Positions 30,738 through 40,994 are shown, counted from the stretch's first letter. The stretch: 64,000 bases of DNA from Phycisphaerae bacterium (GCA_963675745.2 CAXXWX010000026.1:320001-384000), one strand, 5' to 3'. The notes: generated by a model not told the origin, from the sequence alone. Program-made: numbers and translations.

Positions 30738-32519
30738 ATGTTCACCGCGATAGGATTGATCATGACCATGCTCACCAGTGAAGTCGCTTACCCGATTATC
30801 CCCCACCCCGCCACGCTCGAACCGCGCCCCGGCGCGTTTGCGCTCAAGTCTGACACGCCGTTGATCGCGACATCGGCCGACGCGCAGCCGGTCGCCGCTT
30901 ATCTGTCCGAACAACTCGCCGGCGAGTTCGGCTTGAAGCTCGACGTCCAAACCGCGCCGGACGCACCAGCCCGCGCGATCGTCTTGACACTCGACACGAA
31001 CCTCACCGCCGGCGATGAAGCCTATGTGCTCGACATTTCACGTGAAACGGCCCGGCTCAGCGCGCCGCATCCGCACGGCCTGATTCACGGCGTGCAGACG
31101 ATTCGTCAGCTTCTGGCGAAGGATGACGGGAACTGGCGGCTGCCGGCGTGCCACATCGAAGACCAGCCGCATTATCGCTGGCGGGGCATGCTGCTCGACT
31201 GCGGGCGGCACTTCATGCCCAAGGAATTCGTCAAGCGCTACATCGACCTGCTGGCCTATCACAAGATGAACGTCCTGCACTGGCACCTGACCGAAGACCA
31301 GGGCTGGCGCATCGAAATCAAGAAGTACCCCAAGCTGACCGAGATAGGCGCATGGCGGGACGCGACGCGCGACTCAGAGCAACCACGCGACGGCCAGCGC
31401 TATGGCGGCTTCTACACGCAGGACGACGTGCGCGAGATCGTCGCCTATGCCGCCAGCCGTCACATCACCATCGTGCCCGAAATCGAAATGCCCGGGCACA
31501 GCGTGGCGGCGTTGGCGGCGTACCCGGAACTGTCCTGCACCGGCGAACCGCTAGAGGTAATGACGCAATGGGGCATACACCGCGACGTGTACTGCGCGGG
31601 TAACGAGCAGGTCTTTGAGTTCCTCGAGGACGTGTTGACCGAGGTGATGGAGCTGTTTCCGTCGGAGTACATCCACGTCGGCGGCGACGAGTCACCGAAG
31701 GACCGCTGGAAAACCTGTCCCAAGTGCCAGGCACGGATCAAAGCCGAGGGGCTGGCTGACGAGCACGAGCTGCAAAGCTACTTCATCCGGCGGATGGAGA
31801 AGTTCCTCAGCGCCCACGGCCGCCGACTGGTGGGCTGGGACGAGATCTTGGAAGGCGGCTTGGCGCCGGGTGCGACGGTGCAATCGTGGCGGGGCATGAA
31901 AGGGGCGATCGCCGCCGCCCAGGCCGGCCACGACGTGATCTCATCGCCGACCAGCAACTGCTACCTCGATTATGCGCAAGCGGACGCGCCGGGCGAGCCG
32001 GTTCGGATGGGTCGCCTGAGCCTCGAGCAGTGCTACGCGTTTGAGCCGACGCCGGCGTCGTTTACGCCCGATCAGGCCAAACACGTGCTGGGCCTCGAAG
32101 GCAACATGTGGACCGAGCACGCGCCGCCGTCGCGCGTGGATTGGCAGGTTTTTCCGCGCCTGTGCGCGCTGGCGGAGGTCGCCTGGTCGCCGGAGGCAAC
32201 GCGCGACTGGGAGAACTTCCAGACCCGCCTGCAAACGCACTATCGCCGGTTGGATGCCCTGGGCGTAGCGTATTTCATTCCACAGCCGACTTGTCTACCC
32301 GCTGAAACGGACTTCACGGACACCGTTGATGTTGTGCTTGAGAGCCCGGTGAACCACGGCTCACTGCGTTACACGGTTGACGGCAGCGAGCCGACCGACA
32401 AGTCATCGATTTACGAGCGGCCGGTCAGCCTCAACAAGAGCGCAACCATAAAGGCCCGCGTGTTCCTCGAAGACGGCAGAGCCGGTCTCACCGGCGAGTG
32501 GAGCTACAAGCGAAAATAG
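30738..32519 (+). CDS. GH20 beta-N-acetylhexosaminidase
   Basis: RGMLLDCGRHF, HWHLTEDQGWR, PEIEMPGH, HVGGDE (catalytic DE), YLDY; C-terminal YTVDGSEP module. Confidence 0.95.
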   Translation: MFTAIGLIMTMLTSEVAYPIIPHPATLEPRPGAFALKSDTPLIATSADAQPVAAYLSEQLAGEFGLKLDVQTAPDAPARAIVLTLDTNLTAGDEAYVLDISRETARLSAPHPHGLIHGVQTIRQLLAKDDGNWRLPACHIEDQPHYRWRGMLLDCGRHFMPKEFVKRYIDLLAYHKMNVLHWHLTEDQGWRIEIKKYPKLTEIGAWRDATRDSEQPRDGQRYGGFYTQDDVREIVAYAASRHITIVPEIEMPGHSVAALAAYPELSCTGEPLEVMTQWGIHRDVYCAGNEQVFEFLEDVLTEVMELFPSEYIHVGGDESPKDRWKTCPKCQARIKAEGLADEHELQSYFIRRMEKFLSAHGRRLVGWDEILEGGLAPGATVQSWRGMKGAIAAAQAGHDVISSPTSNCYLDYAQADAPGEPVRMGRLSLEQCYAFEPTPASFTPDQAKHVLGLEGNMWTEHAPPSRVDWQVFPRLCALAEVAWSPEATRDWENFQTRLQTHYRRLDALGVAYFIPQPTCLPAETDFTDTVDVVLESPVNHGSLRYTVDGSEPTDKSSIYERPVSLNKSATIKARVFLEDGRAGLTGEWSYKRK

Positions 32520-32532
32520 CGTCGTGTCGTCC

Positions 32533-33630
32533 TCAGAGGCGCTCGACGAGACGTTGGAGCTCATCTTCCCGCCGCACGATCGACTCGATCAGCTTGAACT
32601 GCGTGCGGCAACGGTCGAGATTGTGGCCGGGCCGTGAGGTTTTGTAATACTCGTCTCCGTTCAAAAAATCGGTCAGGAAGCGCACGGCCTGTTCGAGCGT
32701 GATCAGCTTGCCCGCGAAGACGAGATGGTCGCGCTCGACAGCGTTGAGCATATCGCCGGTTGCTTCGACATACCCGCGTACCAGCGCCTCAAACAGCGGC
32801 ACCTGTAGCTCGACGCGCGACAGGTCGCGCTCGTCCTCATCTGTCGGACTGGTCATCGACCGCACCATGTCGCCGAAGTCGAACAACGACAACCCCGGCA
32901 TGACCGTGTCGAGGTCGACCACGCAGAGCGGCTCAAGATTCGCCTCGTCGAACAGCAGGTTGCTGATCTTGGCGTCATTGTGGACAACGCGCTCGGGGAT
33001 CTCGCCGCCATCACGCAGGTTCAGCAGAACGCCGGCCAACCGCTGCCAGGCCTGGGCGGCTTTGATCTCGGGCTTCGCCTGCGCCGCGCGGTTGCGGCGA
33101 TCGGCGGAGAGCGCACGCTCGAAGGCCGCATAACGCAGCGGCGTGTTGTGAAAATCGGGGATCGTCTCATGCAACGGCGGGGCGGGCAGATCCGCCAGCA
33201 GATGCTGAAACTCGCCAAACGCCCGGCCGGCCTGGTAGGCCAGCTCCGGTGATCGCACGGCCTGGTGCGTCCGCGTCCGCTCGACAAACCGGCAAGCACG
33301 CCAGCACGCTCCCTCGTCGTCGCGCCAGAAGACACCGCCGTCGCATGTCGGGACGAGTGTCAGCGCACGGCGTCTGAGATCTGGCACGTTTTGCGCCTGG
33401 AGCTGCGCGGCCAGATATTCGGCGACGCGCTGAATGTTGGACATAACCAGCTCGGGCCGCGGGAAGACGCGTGTGTTGAGCTTTTGCAGCAAGTAGCGCC
33501 GGCAATCGCGGTCGTGCGCGACCGTGACAATGTGCGAGTCGTTGATGTGGCCGCCGGCCAGCGGTTCGGCCCTGACGAAGTCCCCTGCCAGGTCGAAGCG
33601 CGCGGCGACGGCGCGAATGTCGGGCGTCAT
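32533..33630 (-). CDS. Aminoglycoside-phosphotransferase-fold sugar kinase (N-acetylhexosamine 1-kinase-like)
   Basis: GGHINDS, LHETIPDFHNTP, HNDAKISN, VVDLDTVMPG, DFGDMVRS, RFLTDFLNGDEYY. Confidence 0.82.
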   Translation of the reverse strand: MTPDIRAVAARFDLAGDFVRAEPLAGGHINDSHIVTVAHDRDCRRYLLQKLNTRVFPRPELVMSNIQRVAEYLAAQLQAQNVPDLRRRALTLVPTCDGGVFWRDDEGACWRACRFVERTRTHQAVRSPELAYQAGRAFGEFQHLLADLPAPPLHETIPDFHNTPLRYAAFERALSADRRNRAAQAKPEIKAAQAWQRLAGVLLNLRDGGEIPERVVHNDAKISNLLFDEANLEPLCVVDLDTVMPGLSLFDFGDMVRSMTSPTDEDERDLSRVELQVPLFEALVRGYVEATGDMLNAVERDHLVFAGKLITLEQAVRFLTDFLNGDEYYKTSRPGHNLDRCRTQFKLIESIVRREDELQRLVERL

Positions 33631-34523
33631 TGCGTCCCCCAGAGCGGTGCGGGGTAATCGCCGCGCTCGACAAGCTGCCGAATTATCTCGCTCACGTGTT
33701 GTGTGTCGCGCGGATGCGTCACACCACACCAGACGCTATTGCTGGCGAGCGTTTTGACGCGCGCACGCCCGTCGCGTACGCACTGCTCGATGGCGTGCGG
33801 CAGATAATACTCGGCGTCGGGCGCGCGGGCATTGTCCGCCAGAAAATCGCGGAATCCGCGTTCGAGTTGCTCAAAGACCGCGGGTGTGAAGCCCCACAGA
33901 TTCATGGAGACGCGCTGGTCGCCGTCGATCAACTCACTCTGCCCACCGGGCGCGCTGATGCGGCCCTTGTGTCCGTCGCGCTGGATGCCGACGACCTCCA
34001 CAATGTCGGTGAGCCACCCCTCCGGCGTCGCTCGGAGCATCGCGCGATTGACCGTCCCGGCCGGGGGCAGTGTGTCGCGCAGCGCGTATGTGACCAACCC
34101 ATACGTTGGCACGCCGCTCTCGCCGGTCAGACCGTCGAGAAAGCCGGCGATTGCCTTGAATGCACCGGCCCCATAGAAATCGTCCGCGTTGGCAACCGCA
34201 AGTGGCACGTTCACAACCGCTCGGACTGCCAGAACCGCGTGTCCGGTGCCCCAGGGTTTGGTCCGCCCCGGCGCGGCGTCACACTCTTGCAACGCATAAC
34301 TCACCGGCACGCAATCCGCGTAACGCCGGCCGATGCGCGCTTCAAATTCAGGTTGCATATCGGGCCGAATCACAAATACTACGCGGTCAAACCCGGCCTG
34401 TACGGCGTCATAGACTGAGTAATCCATCAGGGTTTCGGCGCACGGGCCGACGGCGGCGAGTTGCTTCAAGCCACCGAAGCGGCGTCCGAGGCCGGCGGCA
34501 AGAATCACCAATGCGCGACTCAT
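33627..34523 (-). CDS. Sugar-phosphate nucleotidyltransferase
   Basis: LVILAAGLGRRFGGLKQ, KPWGTGHAV, NADDFYG, SMNLWGF; 4-nt overlap with the kinase gene. Confidence 0.85.
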   Translation of the reverse strand: MSRALVILAAGLGRRFGGLKQLAAVGPCAETLMDYSVYDAVQAGFDRVVFVIRPDMQPEFEARIGRRYADCVPVSYALQECDAAPGRTKPWGTGHAVLAVRAVVNVPLAVANADDFYGAGAFKAIAGFLDGLTGESGVPTYGLVTYALRDTLPPAGTVNRAMLRATPEGWLTDIVEVVGIQRDGHKGRISAPGGQSELIDGDQRVSMNLWGFTPAVFEQLERGFRDFLADNARAPDAEYYLPHAIEQCVRDGRARVKTLASNSVWCGVTHPRDTQHVSEIIRQLVERGDYPAPLWGTQ

Positions 34524-34664
34524 CTGGCTCTCCGTGATCGACGCGAACGGCATGACGACGTTTTCACGTGCGCGACCGGCGACGACGCCGCTCTCACGCT
34601 ATCATGTTAGCCGTCAATTCGCCGCAACGACACCAACGCGAAGCTTGTGCGAAAGGAGTCAGCC

Positions 34665-36047
34665 ATGAGTACAGAGCCGCCGCCCCAGGATTCACACGTG
34701 AACCTTGGTCGCCGGGAGTTCATCAAGCTGGGAGCCCTGGCCGGTGTTGGCGCGGCGGTGGGGCTTGGGGGCACGGGTGGCTGCGCGAGCCTGCGTCGGC
34801 GCGTCGGCACGGCCCCAGTGCAGCCGTTCGCTGCTGCGCCGCTGGAGCGCGTGCGCATCGGCTTCGTGGGTGTGGGCGGGATGGGCACACATCACGTACG
34901 GAACCTGCTCAAGATCGAGGGCGTCGAAATCAAGGCAGTGTGCGACATCCGCGCGGCACACGCCGAGCGCGCCCGCGACCTGGTCACCGAGGCCGGCCAA
35001 CCGCCGCCCACTTTGTACACGCAGGGCGAGCGCGATTTTGAACGACTCTGTGCGGAAGAAGACCTCGATCTCGTGTTCACCGCGACACCGTGGCGCTGGC
35101 ACGTGCCGGTCTGTGTGGCGGCAATGAAAAACGGTAAGCATGCGGCGACCGAGGTGCCCGCGGCGGTAACACTCGACGAGTGCTGGCAACTCGTCGAAAC
35201 CGCCGAACAGACACACAGGCACTGCGTGATGATGGAGAATTGCTGCTATGACCGGGCCGAGATGATGTGCCTGAACATGGTGCGCAAGGGGCTGCTCGGC
35301 GAGATTGTTCATGGCGAAGGCGGCTATCTGCACGACCTGCGCGGCGTGAAGTTCAGCAAAGGCGGCGAAGGCCTGTGGCGCCGCGAACACTCCACAAAAC
35401 GCAATGGCAACCTCTACCCGACGCACGGACTTGGTCCTGTCGCACAGTGCATGAACGTCAATCGTGGCGACCGCTTCGATTACCTGGTCTCGATGAGCGG
35501 CAAATCGCGCGGCCTGCAACTCTACCAGACAGAGCATTTGCCGAATGACGATCTTCGCCGCGATGAAAAATACGTGCTCGGCGACGTCAATCTGACGCTG
35601 ATTCGCACAATCAACGGCTGCACGATCTACCTGGTACACGACACGAATCTCCCGCGGCCTTACAGCCGGCTGCACATCGTTCAGGGCACGCAGGGCATTT
35701 TCGAGAAGTGGCCCGAGCGCGTTCACATCGAACGCCGCAGCCCGTCGCACGCCTGGGAGACACTCGACAAATACGCCGAGTTTGAGCATCCGCTGTGGAA
35801 AGCCGGCATCGAAAAAGCCGCCAGCGGTGGGCATGGTGGAATGGATTACCTCGAGGATTACCGTCTGATCGAGTGTCTCAAACGCGGCGAGCCAACGGAT
35901 ATGGACGTGTATGATGCGGCCGCATGGAGCTGTATCTGTGAACTGACCGAGCGGTCAGTCGCCAGGCGCAGTCGCCCGGTGGACGTGCCGGACTTTACAA
36001 GGGGACGCTGGCAGACGAAGCCACCGCTGGGCATCGTCGAAACGTAG
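34665..36047 (+). CDS. Tat-exported Gfo/Idh/MocA-fold GH109 glycosidase (alpha-N-acetylgalactosaminidase-like)
   Basis: GRREFIK Tat motif; IGFVGVGGMG, ATPWRWH, EVP, MENCCY, YPTHGLGP, GGHGGMD. Confidence 0.9.
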   Translation: MSTEPPPQDSHVNLGRREFIKLGALAGVGAAVGLGGTGGCASLRRRVGTAPVQPFAAAPLERVRIGFVGVGGMGTHHVRNLLKIEGVEIKAVCDIRAAHAERARDLVTEAGQPPPTLYTQGERDFERLCAEEDLDLVFTATPWRWHVPVCVAAMKNGKHAATEVPAAVTLDECWQLVETAEQTHRHCVMMENCCYDRAEMMCLNMVRKGLLGEIVHGEGGYLHDLRGVKFSKGGEGLWRREHSTKRNGNLYPTHGLGPVAQCMNVNRGDRFDYLVSMSGKSRGLQLYQTEHLPNDDLRRDEKYVLGDVNLTLIRTINGCTIYLVHDTNLPRPYSRLHIVQGTQGIFEKWPERVHIERRSPSHAWETLDKYAEFEHPLWKAGIEKAASGGHGGMDYLEDYRLIECLKRGEPTDMDVYDAAAWSCICELTERSVARRSRPVDVPDFTRGRWQTKPPLGIVET

Positions 36048-36074
36048 CGGCCGCGACGGAGTGAGCGGGTTGTG

Positions 36075-36337
36075 GGTGCGAGTAGGTGCGAGATGGGAAT
36101 CTCGCACCAGCGTTGCAAGGCGCTCGTGCGAGAATCCCTTCTCGCACGTCCTTCTGTGGGAATCCGTTCCCGCGAGCCGGGATGCGGGAGGGGATTCCCG
36201 CTGGCGTGGGTGCGAGATAGGAATCTCGCACCAGCGTGTCTGGGGGTGCGAGATGGGAATCTCGCACCAGCGTATCTCGCACCAGTGTTGTTCCGTCACC
36301 CCACGGCAAGCCGTGGGGCACCCGCGTAACCGTGGGG
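36075..36337. repeat. Cluster of REP-like palindromes (GTGCGAGAW-N4-WTCTCGCAC x4, GYGGGAR-N4-TTCCCGC x2, CCCCACGGCAAGCCGTGGGG)
   Basis: Long copies at 36085-36108, 36125-36148, 36209-36232, 36245-36268; short copies at 36156-36173, 36184-36201; third type at 36299-36318. Confidence 0.88.
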
Positions 36338-36393
36338 TACGCATACGACAGAGGGCGGCCATCACAGAAACTCGCCCATCCAGGAGACGCACA

Positions 36394-38454
36394 ATGCACC
36401 GATGTTCCACACAGCCATCTCACGTCGCGCTCAAGCACCTTGGCCTGGCTGCACTACTCATGCTGGTTGGTGGCCTGACCTTCGGCTGCGCCGCGCCGAC
36501 GGCGTCGCGTGGTGTCGAGACCGGTGGCCCACAGTCACCGGCAGACACGGCCGATGTCTCCACGACCACGCTGCCGCCCGGGGCTATCTGGCTTGAAACG
36601 TTGAACCTGGACGGCATTGAGCAATCCTGGGGCAGCCCGCGTGCCGGCCTCTCCGTGGATGGTCACCCGCTGGTCATCGCCGGACGCCTTTATCCGCATG
36701 GCGTCGGCACCCACGCGCACAGCGAACTGATCATTGATCTCAATGGAAGCGCCAAGGAGTTTCGCGCTGTGGCGGGCGTGGACGGTGAGGTGCGCGAGCT
36801 TGGTTCGGTGGTGTTTGTCGTGCGTGTCGACGGACAGGAGGTACAACGCACTCCCGTGCTGCGCGGCGCCGGCCCGTCGTCCACGGATATCACTGTCGAC
36901 CTGACCGATGCGCAGCGAATGACGCTGATCGTCGAAGACGCCGGCGACCACATCCATTATGACCACGCGGATTGGGCCGACGCGATGCTCGTCCTCTGCG
37001 AAGGAACCACCCAGATCCCGACGGCGTTCGTACCTGACCCGGGGCCGCCGCCGCGCATCGTGCGTGACATATCGCCGAAGCCGATGATTCACGCGCCGCG
37101 CATCACCGGCGCGACGCCCGGCCGCCCGTTTCTGTTTCGCATTCCGGCCACCGGCGCGCGGCCGCTACGCTTCGCGGCCGAGAACCTTCCGCGCGGCCTG
37201 CGGCTGGACGAGGAGACCGGGATCATCAGCGGCACACTCGAAACGGCCGGCGCCGTGGATGTCACGCTGACGGTCACCGGATTGCACGGCGTGACGTCGT
37301 CAACCCTGACGATCGTCGGCGGCGAGCACTGCCTGGCGCTTACGCCACCGATGGGGTGGAACTCATGGAACGTCTGGGGGACAGCCGTTGACGACGCCAA
37401 AGTACGGGCGGCGGCGGACTGGATGGTGCGAAGCGGGTTGGCCGCCCACGGATATCAGTACATCAACATCGATGACGCCTGGGAAGCCGAGCGCGACGCC
37501 GACGGGCGCATTCAATCCAACGAGAAGTTCCCCGATATGCGAGCGCTGGCCGACTACGTACACAGCAAGGGCCTCAAGCTGGGCATCTATTCGTCACCGG
37601 GCCCGAAGACCTGCGCCGGGTTCGCCGGCAGCTATGAGCACGAGTATCTCGACGCGGAGACCTATGCCGATTGGGGTATCGATCTGATCAAGTATGACTG
37701 GTGTTCCTACGGTGGAATCGCCCTGGACGATAGCGAGGCCGAGCTGCGCAAGCCGTACGAGTTGATGCGGGCGGCGTTGGACGCGTGTGGGCGCGACATC
37801 GTGTACAGCCTGTGCCAGTACGGCATGGGCCAGGTGTGGACTTGGGGGGCGGATGTCGGAGGGAATTACTGGCGAACGACGGGCGACATCACCGACACCT
37901 GGACCAGCCTGGCGCGGATCGGGTTTGGCCAGGCGGAGTTAGCCGAGTTCGCCGAACCAGGGCATTGGAACGACCCGGATATGCTGGTCGTCGGCATGGT
38001 CGGCTGGGGGCCGGATTTGCACGCCAGCCGGCTGACGCACAACGAGCAGGTGACGCACATCACGCTCTGGTCGCTGTTGGCCGCCCCGCTTCTGGTCGGG
38101 TGTGATCTCTCGCAGCTTGACGAGTTTACACTGGCGCTGCTGACGAACACGGAGGTGCTCGAAGTCAACCAGGACCCGCTCGGGCAACAGGCGCGCCGTG
38201 TCGCCGTTGACGACCAGCGCGAGGTTTGGATGCGCCCACTGGTCGACGGCACGCTGGCGGTCGGGCTGTTCAACCGCGGCCGCGGCGAGACGACGGTTGC
38301 GGCACGGTGGGAAGATCTCGGCTTGTCCGGGTCACAGCGCGTCCGGGACTTGTGGCAGCGGCGGGATGTGGGCGCGTATGAAGACGCGTACTCGACGCCG
38401 GTCTCCGGCCACGGGGCGGTCATGTTGAAGATTGGCGAGCCGGCCGGCGATTGA
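36394..38454 (+). CDS. GH27 alpha-galactosidase lipoprotein with NPCBM and Ig-like domains
   Basis: AGGAG RBS; LTFGC lipobox-like; GVGTHAHS..DHADWADA (NPCBM); LPRGLRLD..TGIISG (Ig-like); TPPMGWNSWN, NIDDAW, KYDWC, WRTTGDI, WNDPDML. Confidence 0.92.
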   Translation: MHRCSTQPSHVALKHLGLAALLMLVGGLTFGCAAPTASRGVETGGPQSPADTADVSTTTLPPGAIWLETLNLDGIEQSWGSPRAGLSVDGHPLVIAGRLYPHGVGTHAHSELIIDLNGSAKEFRAVAGVDGEVRELGSVVFVVRVDGQEVQRTPVLRGAGPSSTDITVDLTDAQRMTLIVEDAGDHIHYDHADWADAMLVLCEGTTQIPTAFVPDPGPPPRIVRDISPKPMIHAPRITGATPGRPFLFRIPATGARPLRFAAENLPRGLRLDEETGIISGTLETAGAVDVTLTVTGLHGVTSSTLTIVGGEHCLALTPPMGWNSWNVWGTAVDDAKVRAAADWMVRSGLAAHGYQYINIDDAWEAERDADGRIQSNEKFPDMRALADYVHSKGLKLGIYSSPGPKTCAGFAGSYEHEYLDAETYADWGIDLIKYDWCSYGGIALDDSEAELRKPYELMRAALDACGRDIVYSLCQYGMGQVWTWGADVGGNYWRTTGDITDTWTSLARIGFGQAELAEFAEPGHWNDPDMLVVGMVGWGPDLHASRLTHNEQVTHITLWSLLAAPLLVGCDLSQLDEFTLALLTNTEVLEVNQDPLGQQARRVAVDDQREVWMRPLVDGTLAVGLFNRGRGETTVAARWEDLGLSGSQRVRDLWQRRDVGAYEDAYSTPVSGHGAVMLKIGEPAGD

Positions 38455-38469
38455 CCAGCCCACGACAGC

Positions 38470-38742
38470 GCTCGTGTGCGAACGTGCTCGTGCGAGAATG
38501 CTCGTGCGAGAATCCTTTCTCGCACGTTCACCTGCGGGAATCCCTTCCCGCGTGGAGTGGAATCTCGCACCAGCGTTGCAGTGCGAGATAGGAATCTCGC
38601 ACAAGCGAGAAATGTGGGAAAGGACTCCCGCGAGGGTGGGTGCGAGATAGGAATCTCGCACAAGCGAGGTGCGAGATGGGTATCTCGCACCAGCTTGCTC
38701 GCACCAGCGTGGGATCTACGGCCGGCGGGGCGCCGGCCGCTA
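38470..38742. repeat. Second cluster of the same REP-like palindromes
   Basis: Long copies at 38503-38526, 38581-38602, 38640-38661, 38668-38691; short copies at 38534-38551, 38614-38631; half copies; cggccggcggggcgccggccg hairpin near 38719-38739. Confidence 0.88.
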
Positions 38743-38754
38743 CGGCGATTCGGC

Positions 38755-40881
38755 TCACTCCTCGATCATGCCGAGTTGCCACATCAGAAACGTCCAGGTG
38801 TCGAGCTGACGATCGATGTACTTGCTCATCGGCTCGCCGGCACCATGGCCGGCCTTGGATTCGATCCAGAGCAAAACCGGGTTGCTCGATGATGTCGCCG
38901 ACTGAAGAAGGGCCGCCATCTTACGCGCGTGCATCGGGTCCACGCGTGAGTCACCGTCCGCGGTTCGGAAGTAGACGGCCGGATAGGCGGTGCCTGGTTT
39001 GACATTGTGATAGGGTGACCAGGCGCGCAACCACTGGAAATCCTCGGGCAGATCCGGGTCGCCGTACTCGGGGATCCATAGCCGGCCGATTTTCTTCTCG
39101 TGATAGCGCAGCATGTCGAGCAGAGGCACCAGGCAGACGACGGCCTTGAACAATTCCGGCCGCTGCACCATCACGGCGCCGACGAGCAACCCTCCGTTGC
39201 TGCCGCCACGCATCGCCAGCCGCTCGGGATTCGTATAGTTGTCCGCGATGAGCTTCTCGGCGGCGGCGGCAAAATCGTCGAATGTGTTCTGCTTGTTGCC
39301 AAGCCGGCCGGCGACGTGCCATTCCTTGCCGAATTCGCCGCCGCCGCGGATATTCGCCACCGCGAACACGCCGCCGCGATCAAACCACTCAAATGCGGCC
39401 CGATAGAAGAACGGCGTCTCTATGTGGTTGAAGCCGCCGTAACCATACAGCAGCGTCGGATTGCTGCCGTCGCGGACGAGTCCCTTCTTGTGTACGACGA
39501 ACATCGGGACGCGCGTGCCATCCTTGGAGTTAAACCAAACCTGCGTGGTCACGTATTCGTCCAGCGCAACGCCCACATCCAACTGATCTATGATCTCGAG
39601 CTCGCCTTTGCGAACGTTGTAGCGATAGTTGGTCGTTGGGTGGGCGAACGAGTCGAATTGAAAGAAGAGGTCGGCGTGCGTCGATCGGCCACTCAGACGG
39701 CTGACGGTCCCGAGCGTTGGCAACTCAACCTCGGACTCAAGCGTCCCATCCGGGTCGTAGATCAATAGCCGCGAGTGGGCGTTGTCCAGCACGTGTAACA
39801 CGAGCTTGCGCCCAACCACCAGCATTGCGCGGATGACATGCTTCTGCTCGGGTATCAGCTCACGCCAGTTGTCCGGCCCGGGATTATCCGCGTCGGTTAC
39901 CAGCACACGATAGCGCGGCGCCTGGTAGTCCGTGTGGATGTAGAGCTTATCGTCGAGCGTATCGCCGCTGAAACGCCCATCGAGCCCGGTTGCAACGGTC
40001 TCGAACCGCTCGTCGCCCATGCGGCGGATGTAGAAGTCGTTGGCGGTCCAGTCGCGTGAACTGCTTATGTACTGGTAACGATTGTCGGTGGTGCTGCCGA
40101 TATCGTTCCAGATCTCCTTGGCCAGATCCTCACCAAAAACCTTGGGATCATCCTCCCAGTTGGTCCCGAAACGGTGGTAGTAAACGTGCCGATAGAACTG
40201 CTCATCGCCCGCCGGCACACTGCCGACCTGGGGATAGCGCGTGTAATGAAAGCCGTGGCTGTCCGGATCCCAGGAGACGGAACAGGCGCGCGTGCGCGGG
40301 ATCTCGAGGGCGAGATCTGTCGCCGAGGCAACATCACGCAGGTGCAGCGTGCTCAGTTCGCTGCCGCCCTCGGATTTGCCGTAGACGACCAGTTTGCCGT
40401 TGGGTGACGGCACCCACCAATCCAAGGCGCTGGTTCCGTCCTTGCTGAACTTGTTGGGGTCGATGACGACCGTGGCTTCCTTGTCGAGTCCGTGCGGTCG
40501 CACGTATACGACGGCGTGGTTCTGATCGGCGCTACGGCGCGTGAAGAAGTACTTGGGACCTGAATCGCGGTCGCCATACATCGCCGGCGGCGTTGTCGAG
40601 GTCACGTAGTAGAGCTTTTCGAGCCTGGCTTTCAACGCCGCCCGCGTTACCGCAAACCGGTCCAACTGAGCGCGCGTCAGTGCGTTCTGTGCCTGGGTCC
40701 AGGCGATCACTTCGGGATCTTCCGAATCCTCGAGCCAGCGATACGGGTCTGGAATCTCGACGCCGTGCAGCACATCGACAACGTCGACCGTGCGCGTTGG
40801 TGGATATTCCAGCGGCTCGGCGCGCGCCGGGCCAGCGAGTGGGTTGAGTGCCAGTAATCCGATAGCGGCGAAACGAAGCAC
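38755..40881 (-). CDS. Secreted prolyl oligopeptidase (S9A)
   Basis: DPYRWLED, SKDGTRVP, YGYGGF, NIRGGGEFG, GGSNGG (catalytic Ser), DSRVDP, AGHG. Confidence 0.95.
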   Translation of the reverse strand: MLRFAAIGLLALNPLAGPARAEPLEYPPTRTVDVVDVLHGVEIPDPYRWLEDSEDPEVIAWTQAQNALTRAQLDRFAVTRAALKARLEKLYYVTSTTPPAMYGDRDSGPKYFFTRRSADQNHAVVYVRPHGLDKEATVVIDPNKFSKDGTSALDWWVPSPNGKLVVYGKSEGGSELSTLHLRDVASATDLALEIPRTRACSVSWDPDSHGFHYTRYPQVGSVPAGDEQFYRHVYYHRFGTNWEDDPKVFGEDLAKEIWNDIGSTTDNRYQYISSSRDWTANDFYIRRMGDERFETVATGLDGRFSGDTLDDKLYIHTDYQAPRYRVLVTDADNPGPDNWRELIPEQKHVIRAMLVVGRKLVLHVLDNAHSRLLIYDPDGTLESEVELPTLGTVSRLSGRSTHADLFFQFDSFAHPTTNYRYNVRKGELEIIDQLDVGVALDEYVTTQVWFNSKDGTRVPMFVVHKKGLVRDGSNPTLLYGYGGFNHIETPFFYRAAFEWFDRGGVFAVANIRGGGEFGKEWHVAGRLGNKQNTFDDFAAAAEKLIADNYTNPERLAMRGGSNGGLLVGAVMVQRPELFKAVVCLVPLLDMLRYHEKKIGRLWIPEYGDPDLPEDFQWLRAWSPYHNVKPGTAYPAVYFRTADGDSRVDPMHARKMAALLQSATSSSNPVLLWIESKAGHGAGEPMSKYIDRQLDTWTFLMWQLGMIEE

Positions 40882-40994
40882 GTCCGATCTCCTTTATTCG
40901 CGACGAGCGCCGTGCCCATAGAAGACACGCGCGCACGACAGAGTATAGCAGCATGGCGCAGGTCGAGCGCAGCCGGACCTGCCGCCGCGCGCGA

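Noticed and set aside
36061..36393. N-terminal extension of the GH27 ORF with CEIGISH repeats
   Set aside because: Translation of the DNA palindromes; RBS and lipoprotein signal point to the ATG at 36394.
36075..38742. Palindrome arrays as CRISPR
   Set aside because: Spacers are short, irregular and themselves repetitive; copies occur in mixed orientation; no cas genes in the window.
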